Positions 7,985 through 17,528 of a stretch of 64,000 bases of DNA are shown one piece after another. Below the pieces are notes generated by a model. The model was not told where the DNA came from. It saw only the letters and a list, made by a program, of their open reading frames with translations, and ran no database searches. The stretch lies in the NCBI GenBank assembly GCA_045598045.1, contig JAZLLG010000033.1, positions 4,456-68,455 on the forward strand. Direction: 5' to 3'. Numbering within the stretch: the stretch's first letter is position 1; each line of letters opens with the position of its first letter. This DNA is from Lachnospiraceae bacterium (GTDB lineage: Bacteria > Bacillota > Clostridia > Lachnospirales > Lachnospiraceae). The position numbers and the translations under genes were made by a program.

Positions 7985-10823
7985 CAGAATTTTTTCGGCA
8001 ATTAAATCCGTAGTAACTTCAAGGCTTTTTTACATAGGCCTTATTTTCCTTTCTCTTGTTTGTGTACTTGTTCTTCGTATGTACAAGCTTCAGATTAATG
8101 AGCAGACGGAGATTGGCGAAGTACAGGAATATCTTGACGTTATTGAGAGGCCCATCAGTGCCACAAGAGGAAATATCTATGACTCAGAAGGGCGTCTCCT
8201 CGCTTATAACGATCTTTCTTATTCGGTTTTTCTTGAGGATTCCGCAATACTTACAACAAATGCAGAAAAGAACGAGATGATCCATAAGCTTTACAAGCTT
8301 CTTCGTTCCCATGGATATGAACCGGAGATTGATTTTGCAATATATATCGATGAAAACGGTGAACTTCAGTTCAACGTTACCGGAAATGCCGAACTTCGTT
8401 TTAAAAAGAATGCCTACGGTCTTCGTACGGTAAACGATCTTTCCGAAAAACAAAAGAACGCAACCGCAAAAGATGTTTTTGAATTTATGGCTTACGGTGA
8501 CAAAACCGCAGCAATGTTCCAGGTTTCAAAAGATTATTCTCTTCAGGAATCTCTTGATATCGTAACAGTACGTTATCAGTATTTTTCAAGCCCTGACAAA
8601 ACAACAAGATACACTTTGATTACTAATGTCGATGAAGAGGCTATGGCTGCCATTAAAGAGGCACAGGGTGATCTTCCGGGTGTTACGATAGAACAGAAGC
8701 TTAAAAGAGTATACAATTATTCCTTCTATCTTTCCCATATAATCGGTTATACGGGACTTATAAACGATGCCGAACTTGAAGAAATGAATAAAGACGGAGA
8801 GCATCTCTATACTTCCACTGATTATGTCGGTAAAACAGGCATTGAGAAAGAATTCGAAAAGGACCTTGCAGGGAAAAAGGGTGTTGAACGTGTAACTCTC
8901 AACAGTGCCGGACGAATAATAAGTACCGAAATCGTTGAAGAACCTGTTTCAGGAAACAATGTTTATCTAACCATAGACGCCGAACTCCAGAAAGACTATT
9001 ACTATATTCTTGAATCAAACATTAAAGATGTACTTCTTTCGTGTATTGTAAATGACATGGATTATGGTACCAAGGGTGAGAGCTCGGATGATATCAAAAT
9101 CCCTATTTATGAGGTGTATTATGCTCTTTTCAACAACCATGTGCTTGATATGAACAGCATAGCAGGTGAAGACAGAACAGAGCAGGAAGACATTGTTTAC
9201 GGGCTTTACAAAGACTATAGAGACAACGTAATATCCACGTTACAGAATCATTTCCTTTTCGGTAACACAACAAAAGCTAAAAGGCTTTCCGAAGCGATGC
9301 AGGAATTTATTAACTTCTTTTACACGCAGATGAAGTCAAATAAATATGTTCTTGCCGATAAAATCGACACTACAGATCCTGTTTATATTGCATACGATGC
9401 CGATGAAACAAGCTTCTACGAATATATGGTTCATCTCATCAATAAAGAATGGGTTTCTTTGGAAGCACTGGGTATCGAAGGAAGCTTTCTTACTACCGAA
9501 GAAATATACAATATCCTGATTGAAAAAACATTCGAAACTCTTGCGGATAATGAGTCTTTTGACCTTATGATCTACAGAGACCTGATTTTTGAATATAAAT
9601 TAAAAGGAAAGCAAATTTGTCTTTTATTATTTGACCAAAATGTGTTAGAATATAACGAGGCGGAATATAGTAAAATAAAGAGCGGAAAGACTTCTGCATA
9701 CGAATTTCTCACTAAGAAAATCGAGACTCTTGATATTACTCCGGCACAGCTTGCTCTTGAACCTTGCAGCGGATATCTTGTTCAGACCAAATGTGACAGC
9801 GGCGAAGTTATAGCTCTCGTTAATTATCCGAGCTATGACAACAACATGCTGGCAAATAAAATAGACTGGGATTATTATCAGGGACTTATCGCTGATAAAA
9901 GCAATCCCCTTTACAATCGTGTTACACAGTCACGTACGCCTACAGGTTCAACAATCAAGCCTATGGTTGCAGTGTGCGGCCTTTTGAATGATGTCATTAC
10001 AATATCCGAAAAGATTCATGACAACATTCTTTTTGACAAAATCGATCCTTCACCTTCTTGTTGGAAGGAGACAGGACATGGTGATCAGGATGTTTCCGCA
10101 GCCATTATGAACTCCTGTAACTTTTACTTCTTTGAATTAGGTTACAGACTTGCTACAAGAGGTCAGCCTAAAATTACCGATGCCGACGGGAATAAGAAAC
10201 TTAAGTATTCCGACTCCCAGGGCTTACAGTTCCTTAAGCAGACAGGTGCCTTGTTTGGCTTTGATGAAAACACAGGCATAGAAATTTCCGAAGCTGAGCC
10301 TCAGTTTGCCGAAAACGATGCCATTCGTGCTTCCATCGGATATGGTCACAAGTTTACCGCAACGGAAATTTCCCGATATGCAACAGCAATCGGAACATGC
10401 GGTAAGGTCATGAAATATACGATTATTAAAAAAATAACCGACAAATCAGGTGATGTCATTTATTCTGCAGAGCCTCAGATTGTAAGGCAGATTGAAGGCA
10501 TAAGCAGTTACGAGTGGTCACAGATTAAATATGGTATGCAGAGAGTTATTTCAAACTCTACGACGCTCAGAAAAGCATATTCCATAATTCCGTATACCGT
10601 CGGTGCAAAGACAGGTACGGCCGAAGTTTCTGATAACAGCGCTCCTCATGGACTTTGCATTTCATATGCTCCCATAGATACTCCGGAAACAAGTGTCGTC
10701 GCCGTAATTCAGAACGGTTATTCCGGTACGAATGCCGCACTCGTTGCTAACGGCGTATACAAAAGATACTACAACATTAACGAAGAGGTTGAACTTGGTG
10801 AAATTATCACCATCGGAGACTGA
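7977..10823 (+). CDS. class B penicillin-binding protein (PBP2-type elongasome transpeptidase), unusually long
   Basis: It has an N-terminal TM segment and dimerisation-domain motifs (RGNIYDSEGRLLA, LTIDAELQ). The transpeptidase motifs are SxxK (STIK), SxN (SCN) and KTG (KTGTA). I place the start at the ATG at 7977. The track start at 7956 is a TTG. Confidence 0.85.
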   Translation: MINRIFSAIKSVVTSRLFYIGLIFLSLVCVLVLRMYKLQINEQTEIGEVQEYLDVIERPISATRGNIYDSEGRLLAYNDLSYSVFLEDSAILTTNAEKNEMIHKLYKLLRSHGYEPEIDFAIYIDENGELQFNVTGNAELRFKKNAYGLRTVNDLSEKQKNATAKDVFEFMAYGDKTAAMFQVSKDYSLQESLDIVTVRYQYFSSPDKTTRYTLITNVDEEAMAAIKEAQGDLPGVTIEQKLKRVYNYSFYLSHIIGYTGLINDAELEEMNKDGEHLYTSTDYVGKTGIEKEFEKDLAGKKGVERVTLNSAGRIISTEIVEEPVSGNNVYLTIDAELQKDYYYILESNIKDVLLSCIVNDMDYGTKGESSDDIKIPIYEVYYALFNNHVLDMNSIAGEDRTEQEDIVYGLYKDYRDNVISTLQNHFLFGNTTKAKRLSEAMQEFINFFYTQMKSNKYVLADKIDTTDPVYIAYDADETSFYEYMVHLINKEWVSLEALGIEGSFLTTEEIYNILIEKTFETLADNESFDLMIYRDLIFEYKLKGKQICLLLFDQNVLEYNEAEYSKIKSGKTSAYEFLTKKIETLDITPAQLALEPCSGYLVQTKCDSGEVIALVNYPSYDNNMLANKIDWDYYQGLIADKSNPLYNRVTQSRTPTGSTIKPMVAVCGLLNDVITISEKIHDNILFDKIDPSPSCWKETGHGDQDVSAAIMNSCNFYFFELGYRLATRGQPKITDADGNKKLKYSDSQGLQFLKQTGALFGFDENTGIEISEAEPQFAENDAIRASIGYGHKFTATEISRYATAIGTCGKVMKYTIIKKITDKSGDVIYSAEPQIVRQIEGISSYEWSQIKYGMQRVISNSTTLRKAYSIIPYTVGAKTGTAEVSDNSAPHGLCISYAPIDTPETSVVAVIQNGYSGTNAALVANGVYKRYYNINEEVELGEIITIGD

Positions 10824-10838
10824 TTTTGAAAGGAAGAA

Positions 10839-11666
10839 ATGAGTTCAGTTTCACTTAAAGGTAATAAATACGGGCTTTCCGTCAGTATATCCCGCAATGC
10901 TTCATTTGACGAAATAAAAGAAGATACCGCCAAATCTTTTCAATTTGCAAATAAGATGTTCGGCAACGAACAGATAGCAATCGGCTTTGAAGGAAGACTC
11001 TTAAGCAATTACGAACGTGATGAGCTTCTTGATATTGTCCGTAGTAATTGTGACCTTGACATTGTATGTGTCATGGACTTTTCTCTCGGAACGGAAGAGC
11101 GCTTCAAAAAAGCGGTTGAGACTTTTTCTGAGCCGGTTCAAGAAGAGGTCCCCGAGTCAAATATTTCGGATGAGTCTTCGGAAATCAGTTCGCCCGAGCC
11201 TGAGGTAAAGTCTGATGCAGAGCCTTTGTTCTCAGAAAAAGAACCTGAAGCTGCTCAGAGTACGGACATATTCGCTCAAAACCCCGGCATTGCTCCCGAA
11301 GACCTTTCCAAAATCGCAAAATTCTACAAAGGGAATGTCAGGTCCGGAGTAGTAATAAACGAAGACAGCAGCCTTATTATTCTTGGTGATGTCAGTATCG
11401 GCGGAGAGGTAATTTCCAAAGGCAACATTATTGTTCTCGGAGCATTAAGAGGCAACGCTTTTGCCGGTTCCGAAGGCAATGAAAACTGCTTTGTAGCCGC
11501 ACTCACGATGAATCCCATGCAGGTTCGTATCGGTGATATCATGGCAAGATGCGGTGACAAAGGTAACTCAAAAGAAGAGCATGAACCTGAGATAGCTTTT
11601 GTTAAGAACAACACAATAGCTATCGAGCTCATAAACAGAACGGTTCTTAATGATATAAATTTATAA
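10839..11666 (+). CDS. minC: septum site-determining protein MinC
   Basis: 275 aa. The C-terminal beta-helix motif is VRSGVVINEDSSLIILGDVSIGGEVISKGNIIVLGALRGNAFAG. An acidic Ser/Glu-rich linker precedes it. It lies upstream of minDE. Confidence 0.85.
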   Translation: MSSVSLKGNKYGLSVSISRNASFDEIKEDTAKSFQFANKMFGNEQIAIGFEGRLLSNYERDELLDIVRSNCDLDIVCVMDFSLGTEERFKKAVETFSEPVQEEVPESNISDESSEISSPEPEVKSDAEPLFSEKEPEAAQSTDIFAQNPGIAPEDLSKIAKFYKGNVRSGVVINEDSSLIILGDVSIGGEVISKGNIIVLGALRGNAFAGSEGNENCFVAALTMNPMQVRIGDIMARCGDKGNSKEEHEPEIAFVKNNTIAIELINRTVLNDINL

Positions 11667-11681
11667 CTTGGAGGAAAATAA

Positions 11682-12464
11682 ATGGGTGAGGTTATTGTTG
11701 TAACATCCGGAAAAGGCGGCGTAGGTAAGACAACGACGACAGCCAATGTTGGTACCGGACTCGCTAAGCTCGGAAAGAGCGTTGTACTTATTGACATGGA
11801 TATCGGTCTCAGAAATCTTGATGTAGTTATGGGACTGGAGAACCGCATTGTCTATAACCTTGTTGATGTTATCGAACAGAAATGCAAGGTTAATCAGGCA
11901 TTCATTAAGGTAAAGGGCTTCAATAACTTTTACCTTCTTCCCTGTGCACAGACAAGAGACAAAACATCAGTTACTCCCGAGCAGATGAAGACTCTTACAG
12001 ATATGCTCAAGAAGGAGTTTGACTATGTTATCCTTGACTGTCCCGCAGGTATTGAGCAGGGCTTCAAGAATGCAATCGCAGGCGCTGACAGAGCTCTTGT
12101 TGTTACAACTCCCGAAGTATCCGCTGTTCGTGACGCCGACAGAATCATCGGCCTTCTCGATGCTAACGAAATCGCTCGCTACGATCTTGTTGTTAACAGA
12201 TTAAGGGCAGATATGGTTAAACGTGGTGAAATGATGAGTGCAGATGATGTTCTCGAAGTTCTTTCCGTTAACCTTATCGGTATAGTTCCTGATGATGAGA
12301 ATATCGTTATTTCAACAAATACAGGTGTACCTCTTGTCGGAAACAATACTATGGCAGGAAAAGCATTCCAGAACATCTGCCTCCGTATTACCGGAGAAGA
12401 AGTTCCTTTCCTTGATCTTGGAAAGAAGCAGGGACTGTTTTCAAAGATTTTCGGTAAAAAGTGA
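11682..12464 (+). CDS. minD: septum site-determining ATPase MinD
   Basis: 260 aa with the deviant Walker A SGKGGVGKTT and a C-terminal amphipathic helix (GLFSKIFGKK). Confidence 0.95.
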   Translation: MGEVIVVTSGKGGVGKTTTTANVGTGLAKLGKSVVLIDMDIGLRNLDVVMGLENRIVYNLVDVIEQKCKVNQAFIKVKGFNNFYLLPCAQTRDKTSVTPEQMKTLTDMLKKEFDYVILDCPAGIEQGFKNAIAGADRALVVTTPEVSAVRDADRIIGLLDANEIARYDLVVNRLRADMVKRGEMMSADDVLEVLSVNLIGIVPDDENIVISTNTGVPLVGNNTMAGKAFQNICLRITGEEVPFLDLGKKQGLFSKIFGKK

Positions 12465-12479
12465 TAGGAGGAGACTGTA

Positions 12480-12722
12480 ATGGGTTGGTTCACAAAGAAA
12501 AGCAAGTCCGGCAATGACGCAAAGAACAGACTTAAATTTGTCCTTTACGCTGAGCATCAGGATCTTCCGCCGGAAACGCTTGAAAAAATCAAAAATGAGT
12601 TTATAACAGTTATTTCAAAGTATGTAACCGTTGATACAGAGAATCTTGACATCAAGATCACTTCCGACGGTTCAATTCAGGCAAATATTCCCATTAAGGA
12701 AAAAAAGGTCAGAAGAAGTTAA
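12480..12722 (+). CDS. minE: cell division topological specificity factor MinE
   Basis: 80 aa. The N-terminal motif is AKNRLKFVLYAEHQDLPPETLEKIKNEF. It follows minD. Confidence 0.9.
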   Translation: MGWFTKKSKSGNDAKNRLKFVLYAEHQDLPPETLEKIKNEFITVISKYVTVDTENLDIKITSDGSIQANIPIKEKKVRRS

Positions 12723-12727
12723 TTTAA

Positions 12728-13909
12728 ATGTTTAAGAGAATACTGACAACACTTAGCTCCTACAATTTCAAAAAATACGACATGTTTCTTATGATTGCAG
12801 CCATTGTTCTCGGGTGCATCGGAAGTGCTACGTTATACGTTATGCCCGGCGTCCAGGACGGTCTGTACATTAAGCAGATTGTCGGTATTGTAATCGGTAT
12901 TATAGGAGCTATTGTTGTATCTCTTATCAGTTACAGAGTATGGGCAGCGCTTTGGTGGCTTATGTATATCGGGAATTTTATCCTTCTCTTCGGAGTAAAG
13001 TATACTAAGTTCGGAATTGAGATTTATCACGCAAAGCGTTGGCTCGGACTTTCAAGAGCTGACGGATCCGTTATTTTTTCCTTTCAGCCTTCGGAAGTTT
13101 CAAAGTTTGTGCTTATTATCTGTATAGCTGTTATATTCAATTTCTTCAAAAAGAAATTGGATAAGTTTTATCCGCTTGTTCTCGCCGGAATAATGTTTGC
13201 GATACCTTTGTATCTCATTCTTACTCAGACGGACCTTTCCACAAGTATCGTTCTCTGCATAGTATTTGCGGTAATGGTATTTGCATCGGGCTTCAACATT
13301 AAGTACATTATTGCAATCATTGTTGTTGCAATACCTTTGGGAATATTGGCTTTCTGGTATGTTCAGCAGCCGAATCCCAAATTCATCAATGCATATCAGC
13401 AGGAGAGAATTCTTTCTTTCCTTCATCCGGAAAAGTATCCCGATCTTATGTATCAGCAGGAGAATGCTGTTACTGCCATTAAGTCGGGAGGGCTTCTCGG
13501 AAAAACACTTACCGGAGATATGTCTCCGCGAGGAACTCTTCATGTTCCGGTAAGAGAAAGTGACTTTATTTTTACCGGCATTGCCGAAGAATTCGGTTTT
13601 CTTGGCAGTGTTCTTGTGGTTATACTATTCGCCTTCATTGCATTCCGAATAATCAAAATTTCTTTCAATGCCAATGACTTGACGGGTAGACTTATCGGGG
13701 TTGGTTGTGCTACAATATTCATAGCACAGGCGTTCGTTAATATCGGCGTTGTTACACAGCTTTTGCCGAATACGGGTATTCCGCTTCCTTTCGTCAGCAA
13801 TGGTCTCAGCTCTGTTGTGAGCAGCTATTTTATGCTTGGCATGGTTCAGAATATTGCCGTAAACACAGGAGAAAAACGTTCCAAAGAAAGTGAGGACTAT
13901 ATTACATGA
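12728..13909 (+). CDS. rodA: SEDS-family peptidoglycan polymerase RodA
   Basis: 393 aa polytopic protein with the FtsW/RodA/SpoVE motifs SDFIFTGIAEEFGFLG and NTGIPLPFVSNGLSS. Confidence 0.9.
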   Translation: MFKRILTTLSSYNFKKYDMFLMIAAIVLGCIGSATLYVMPGVQDGLYIKQIVGIVIGIIGAIVVSLISYRVWAALWWLMYIGNFILLFGVKYTKFGIEIYHAKRWLGLSRADGSVIFSFQPSEVSKFVLIICIAVIFNFFKKKLDKFYPLVLAGIMFAIPLYLILTQTDLSTSIVLCIVFAVMVFASGFNIKYIIAIIVVAIPLGILAFWYVQQPNPKFINAYQQERILSFLHPEKYPDLMYQQENAVTAIKSGGLLGKTLTGDMSPRGTLHVPVRESDFIFTGIAEEFGFLGSVLVVILFAFIAFRIIKISFNANDLTGRLIGVGCATIFIAQAFVNIGVVTQLLPNTGIPLPFVSNGLSSVVSSYFMLGMVQNIAVNTGEKRSKESEDYIT

Positions 13910-14304
13910 ATATAGGTCTTGTGGCGCATGATGCAAAGAAAAAGCTTTTGCAAAGCTTTTGCATAGCCTACAAAGGAATACTCGCAAAGCATACTCTTTA
14001 TGCTACCGGAACTACCGGCCGTATTATCGAAGACGGTACAGGACTTACTGTCCACAAATATCTTGCAGGTCATCTCGGCGGTTCCCAACAGATGGGAGCC
14101 CAGATAGAAAACAATGAAATCGACATGGTTATTTATCTTCGTGACCCGCAGAATCCCCAGTCGCATGAGCCCAATGTTTTTGACATCATTTCTCTTTGCG
14201 ACATTCATAACATTCCCTTTGCAACAAACATTGCATCGGCAGAGCTTCTTATTAAGGCGCTCGACAGAGGAGACCTTGATTGGCGAGAGCTCTACAAAAA
14301 TTAA
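13906..14304 (+). CDS. mgsA: methylglyoxal synthase
   Basis: 132 aa with the motifs VAHDAKKK and YATGTTG. The ATG overlaps the rodA stop (ATGA). Confidence 0.9.
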   Translation: MNIGLVAHDAKKKLLQSFCIAYKGILAKHTLYATGTTGRIIEDGTGLTVHKYLAGHLGGSQQMGAQIENNEIDMVIYLRDPQNPQSHEPNVFDIISLCDIHNIPFATNIASAELLIKALDRGDLDWRELYKN

Positions 14305-14356
14305 CTTTGATAATGATTAAATTCATTATAAATTTCTTTTCAGGAGGAAGTGCACT

Positions 14357-14776
14357 ATGATACAGATTATTGCAGGCGAGAAAGGTAAAGGTAAGACAAA
14401 GATTATAATTGATAAGGCTAATTCAGATGTTCTTACATCCAAAGGCAGCGTGCTTTATATCGACAAGAACAATAAGCACATGTACGAGCTTAACAATAAG
14501 ATTCGTCTTATCAATATTAAAGATTACTTTATTTCTGATTCCAATGAATTCTACGGTTTCCTTTGTGGAATGATTTCACAGAATCACGACATTTCTTCCG
14601 TTTATCTTGACAGCTTCCTTACCTGTGCAAACATATCAGTTTCTGAAATTGATACAATTCTTAAAAAGCTTGAAGTCATTTCCGGTTCATTCAAGGTTGA
14701 TTTCATTTTAAGCGTTTCTGCAAATTCAAAAGAATTAAGTCCTGAAGCTTCTCAGAACGTTATTGTTGCTCTTTAA
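14357..14776 (+). CDS. small P-loop protein of unknown function
   Basis: 139 aa with Walker A-like GEKGKGKT at residues 7-14 and a Walker B-like hydrophobic strand VYLDSF. A strong RBS (AGGAGG) precedes the ATG. I do not recognise a named family. Confidence 0.6.
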   Translation: MIQIIAGEKGKGKTKIIIDKANSDVLTSKGSVLYIDKNNKHMYELNNKIRLINIKDYFISDSNEFYGFLCGMISQNHDISSVYLDSFLTCANISVSEIDTILKKLEVISGSFKVDFILSVSANSKELSPEASQNVIVAL

Positions 14777-14788
14777 TTTTATGATAAT

Positions 14789-14829
14789 CGGCACGGGGCA
14801 GAGAGTCTCTGCCTTGTGCCGAATTTTTG
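14789..14829 (+). terminator. rho-independent terminator after the P-loop gene
   Basis: The hairpin cggcacggggcagag / ctctgccttgtgccg is 15 bp including 2 G-U pairs, with a 3-nt loop. It is followed by aaTTTTT. Confidence 0.7.
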
Positions 14830-14847
14830 TATAAGGAGTTTTTATTT

Positions 14848-16218
14848 TTGATTAAGTCACCTACAAAAATAAAACAAAAAAAAGATATAAACATAGGTAT
14901 TATCATCTTTCTTTTTATTCTCATTTACATCGGTATCTGTGTCTATATTTTCTTTACAAAGTCTGAAGTATCCCTCTATGTTGTCAGGCCGGGTACTTTA
15001 TTTTCGGACAAAACATATACCGGAATCATCCTTCGTACCGAAGAAACCGTCAATACCAATATGGCAGGCTATGTAAATTACTATTTTCAGGAAGGTGACC
15101 GTATTTCCAAAAACGAAACCGTTTATTCCATAGACTCGGATAAATCCATATATGACAAGCTAAGCGGTGACGGCTCGGAAATTATGCTTAATTCCGAGGA
15201 TTTAATCGAACTTAAAGGGCAAATCAACAAAGCGTATCGTAATGCCCAAAACTTCAAGGACTATAAGGAACTTAAGGACAGCATCAATGTTTCTTATACA
15301 AGGCAGCTTGATAAACGACTTATTCAAAACCTTAATAAACTTGTCAGAGAATCCAATATTGATGCAAGTTTTGAGGTTATTAAGTCTGAAAAGGCAGGAA
15401 TTGTCTCTTTCTGCTTTGACAGTCTTTCGGAATTAACCGAAGAAGCGCTTAGTAAAGATCTTTTCGATAATATCGAGGAAGAGCAGGTACTCTATACATC
15501 CGACCTTCTTGAAACAAATGCTCCTGTCTATAAAATCATAACCGAAGATGACTGGAAAATAGCGGTTATGATTGATGAAGAGCTTTTTTACAAGCTTCAT
15601 GACAAGGATTCCGTATCTTTCACAATAAATTCCGAGCAGACAATAACTGCACCGGTTAAAGTTCTTACCAAAAAAGAAGAATATTATGCTGTAATAAGCT
15701 TATCAAAATATATTACCAATTACACAGACTGCAGATATGTTGATATTTCGTTTGATACAGCCAAAACCGAAGGTTTGAAGTTGCCTCTTTCTGCAATCGC
15801 TTATAAAAATTATTATCGTGTTCCTTCCGAATACTTTACTTATGATTCAAAAGAAAATTCGGTCTTTCTTTCAATTGAATTTTATGATAAAAACAGCGGA
15901 GAGCGTGCTTACAAACAAACCGAAACCGAAGTATTTTATGATGATGGCGCTTTCAAATATATCGATTGCAACCTGTTTCCCGAGGAAACGTACATCCTTG
16001 TCGGCGGTGGAAACAGAATTATGCTCAATACATACATAACAAAGCTTGAGGGCGCATACAACATTAACGATGGTTATGCTGTTTTCAAACGTATCGAAAG
16101 ACTTGAAACGAATGATGAGTACACGCTCATCAGAAAGAACTCGACTTCAGGGCTTGCTGAATTCGATCATGTTGCTCTTGATGTATTGAAAATCAAAGAA
16201 GGCGAAGTCATCTATTAG
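14848..16218 (+). CDS. HlyD-like membrane-fusion (periplasmic adaptor) family protein, orphan
   Basis: It has an N-terminal TM segment (IGIIIFLFILIYIGICVYIFF). Split lipoyl-like halves (GYVNYYFQEGDRISKNETVYSID and KAGIVSF) flank a helical hairpin. A beta-barrel-like segment follows (WKIAVMIDEELFYKL..SVSFTI). I place the start at TTG 14848, 9 nt after AAGGAG. The track start is 14827. Confidence 0.55.
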   Translation: MIKSPTKIKQKKDINIGIIIFLFILIYIGICVYIFFTKSEVSLYVVRPGTLFSDKTYTGIILRTEETVNTNMAGYVNYYFQEGDRISKNETVYSIDSDKSIYDKLSGDGSEIMLNSEDLIELKGQINKAYRNAQNFKDYKELKDSINVSYTRQLDKRLIQNLNKLVRESNIDASFEVIKSEKAGIVSFCFDSLSELTEEALSKDLFDNIEEEQVLYTSDLLETNAPVYKIITEDDWKIAVMIDEELFYKLHDKDSVSFTINSEQTITAPVKVLTKKEEYYAVISLSKYITNYTDCRYVDISFDTAKTEGLKLPLSAIAYKNYYRVPSEYFTYDSKENSVFLSIEFYDKNSGERAYKQTETEVFYDDGAFKYIDCNLFPEETYILVGGGNRIMLNTYITKLEGAYNINDGYAVFKRIERLETNDEYTLIRKNSTSGLAEFDHVALDVLKIKEGEVIY

Positions 16219-16251
16219 TATCAAAATAAACCGATATAAAATGTTTTGCGG

Positions 16252-16280
16252 TTGACATCCGAAGCGAAAAATAAGATAAT
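16252..16280 (+). promoter_or_regulatory. sigma-A type promoter for sepF-divIVA
   Basis: TTGACA (16252-16257), a 17-nt spacer, then GATAAT (16275-16280). Confidence 0.5.
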
Positions 16281-16327
16281 ATTTCTGTTTAAACCGAATA
16301 TGAATAAATGATTTTTGAGGTATAGAA

Positions 16328-16906
16328 ATGGCTAAAATTATTCAAAAAATACTTGATTCAATGAAGTTGAATGAAGAAGATGATGACTATGATGAGGACG
16401 ATTTCGAGACGAAACCCGAGCCCGAAAGAGTAAAGAGGGAACAGCCCGAAAGAAACGTTCGTAAATATGAGCCAAGAAGAAGTGCTTTTGAGGATGATGA
16501 GGATGACGAAGATGAGATCCCCGTTCCCGTTAAGCGCACACCAAGAGAAGATAAGCCTGTTGCAAGGCAGGCCCAGTCTTCAGGAAGGACATATGTACCC
16601 ATGAGAAGCAGTTCATCTCCGTCAGACATTTGCATTTTCCACCCCAAGCGTTTTGAGGACTCACAGGAAATCTGTGACATGCTTAAGCAGGGAAGAGTAG
16701 TTTTTGTTAATTTCGAAGCACTGAACGATGGCAACGCTCAAAGAATAATGGATTTCATTTCAGGTGCGGTATATTCTCTTGATGCAAATATCCACCAGAT
16801 ATCCAATTATAATTTTGTCATTGCTCCCGATAAAGTTGAAATAAGCGGAGATTACATTGATTCTCTTAAAGCCGGGAGTTTTGAAGTTCCTGTTCTCGGT
16901 AAATGA
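16328..16906 (+). CDS. sepF: cell division protein SepF
   Basis: 192 aa with an acidic disordered N-terminal half. The conserved C-terminal domain is HPKRFEDSQEICDMLKQGRVVFVNFEALNDGNAQRIMDFISGAVYSL. Confidence 0.85.
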   Translation: MAKIIQKILDSMKLNEEDDDYDEDDFETKPEPERVKREQPERNVRKYEPRRSAFEDDEDDEDEIPVPVKRTPREDKPVARQAQSSGRTYVPMRSSSSPSDICIFHPKRFEDSQEICDMLKQGRVVFVNFEALNDGNAQRIMDFISGAVYSLDANIHQISNYNFVIAPDKVEISGDYIDSLKAGSFEVPVLGK

Positions 16907-16923
16907 TATAAAAGGGGTTTATT

Positions 16924-17502
16924 ATGCTTACACCGGTAGAAATTCAAAACAAAAACTTTAAGTCTTCAGGCCTTGGCTATGATAAAAAAGATGTAGATGT
17001 TTTCATGCAGGAAATCACTGACAGCTATGAAAGTGTCTACAGGGAAAAGATTGAGCTCGAAGATAAGCTTAATTCAACTCTTGAAGCACTTAATCATTAC
17101 AAAAATATCGAAAAAACAATGCAAAAAGCCCTCATTCTTGCTGAAAAAACCGCTGAAGAAGAAAAGGCCGCTGCGCTTACAAATGCACGTCAGATAGAAA
17201 ATGATGCAACTACAAGAGCCCAGATTATTTTAAGTGATGCACGCCGTGAGCTTGACAGCATCAAACAGCAGATAATCGGCCTTAAGCAGGCTTTTGAAAG
17301 CTACAAAATCAATCTTAAAAATCTTGCGCAGGCTCAGATTGATCTTGTTGATTCAGGCAGCTTTAATCTGACTGTCAACGATGATGTTCTTAACATTACT
17401 TCAATGGAGCCTTTCCGCCCGGAAAGATTTGATGCTTCAGAAGAAGAGGAACTTCCTGAAATTCAGCTTCCGGAAGGTTTCGACTTTATAGATGGAAAAT
17501 AA
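16924..17502 (+). CDS. divIVA: DivIVA domain protein
   Basis: 192 aa with the N-terminal lipid-binding motif MLTPVEIQNKNFKSSGLGYDKKDVDVFM followed by coiled coil. Confidence 0.85.
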   Translation: MLTPVEIQNKNFKSSGLGYDKKDVDVFMQEITDSYESVYREKIELEDKLNSTLEALNHYKNIEKTMQKALILAEKTAEEEKAAALTNARQIENDATTRAQIILSDARRELDSIKQQIIGLKQAFESYKINLKNLAQAQIDLVDSGSFNLTVNDDVLNITSMEPFRPERFDASEEEELPEIQLPEGFDFIDGK

Positions 17503-17528
17503 TGAAAAGGTTTTACGGTTATTTTTAA

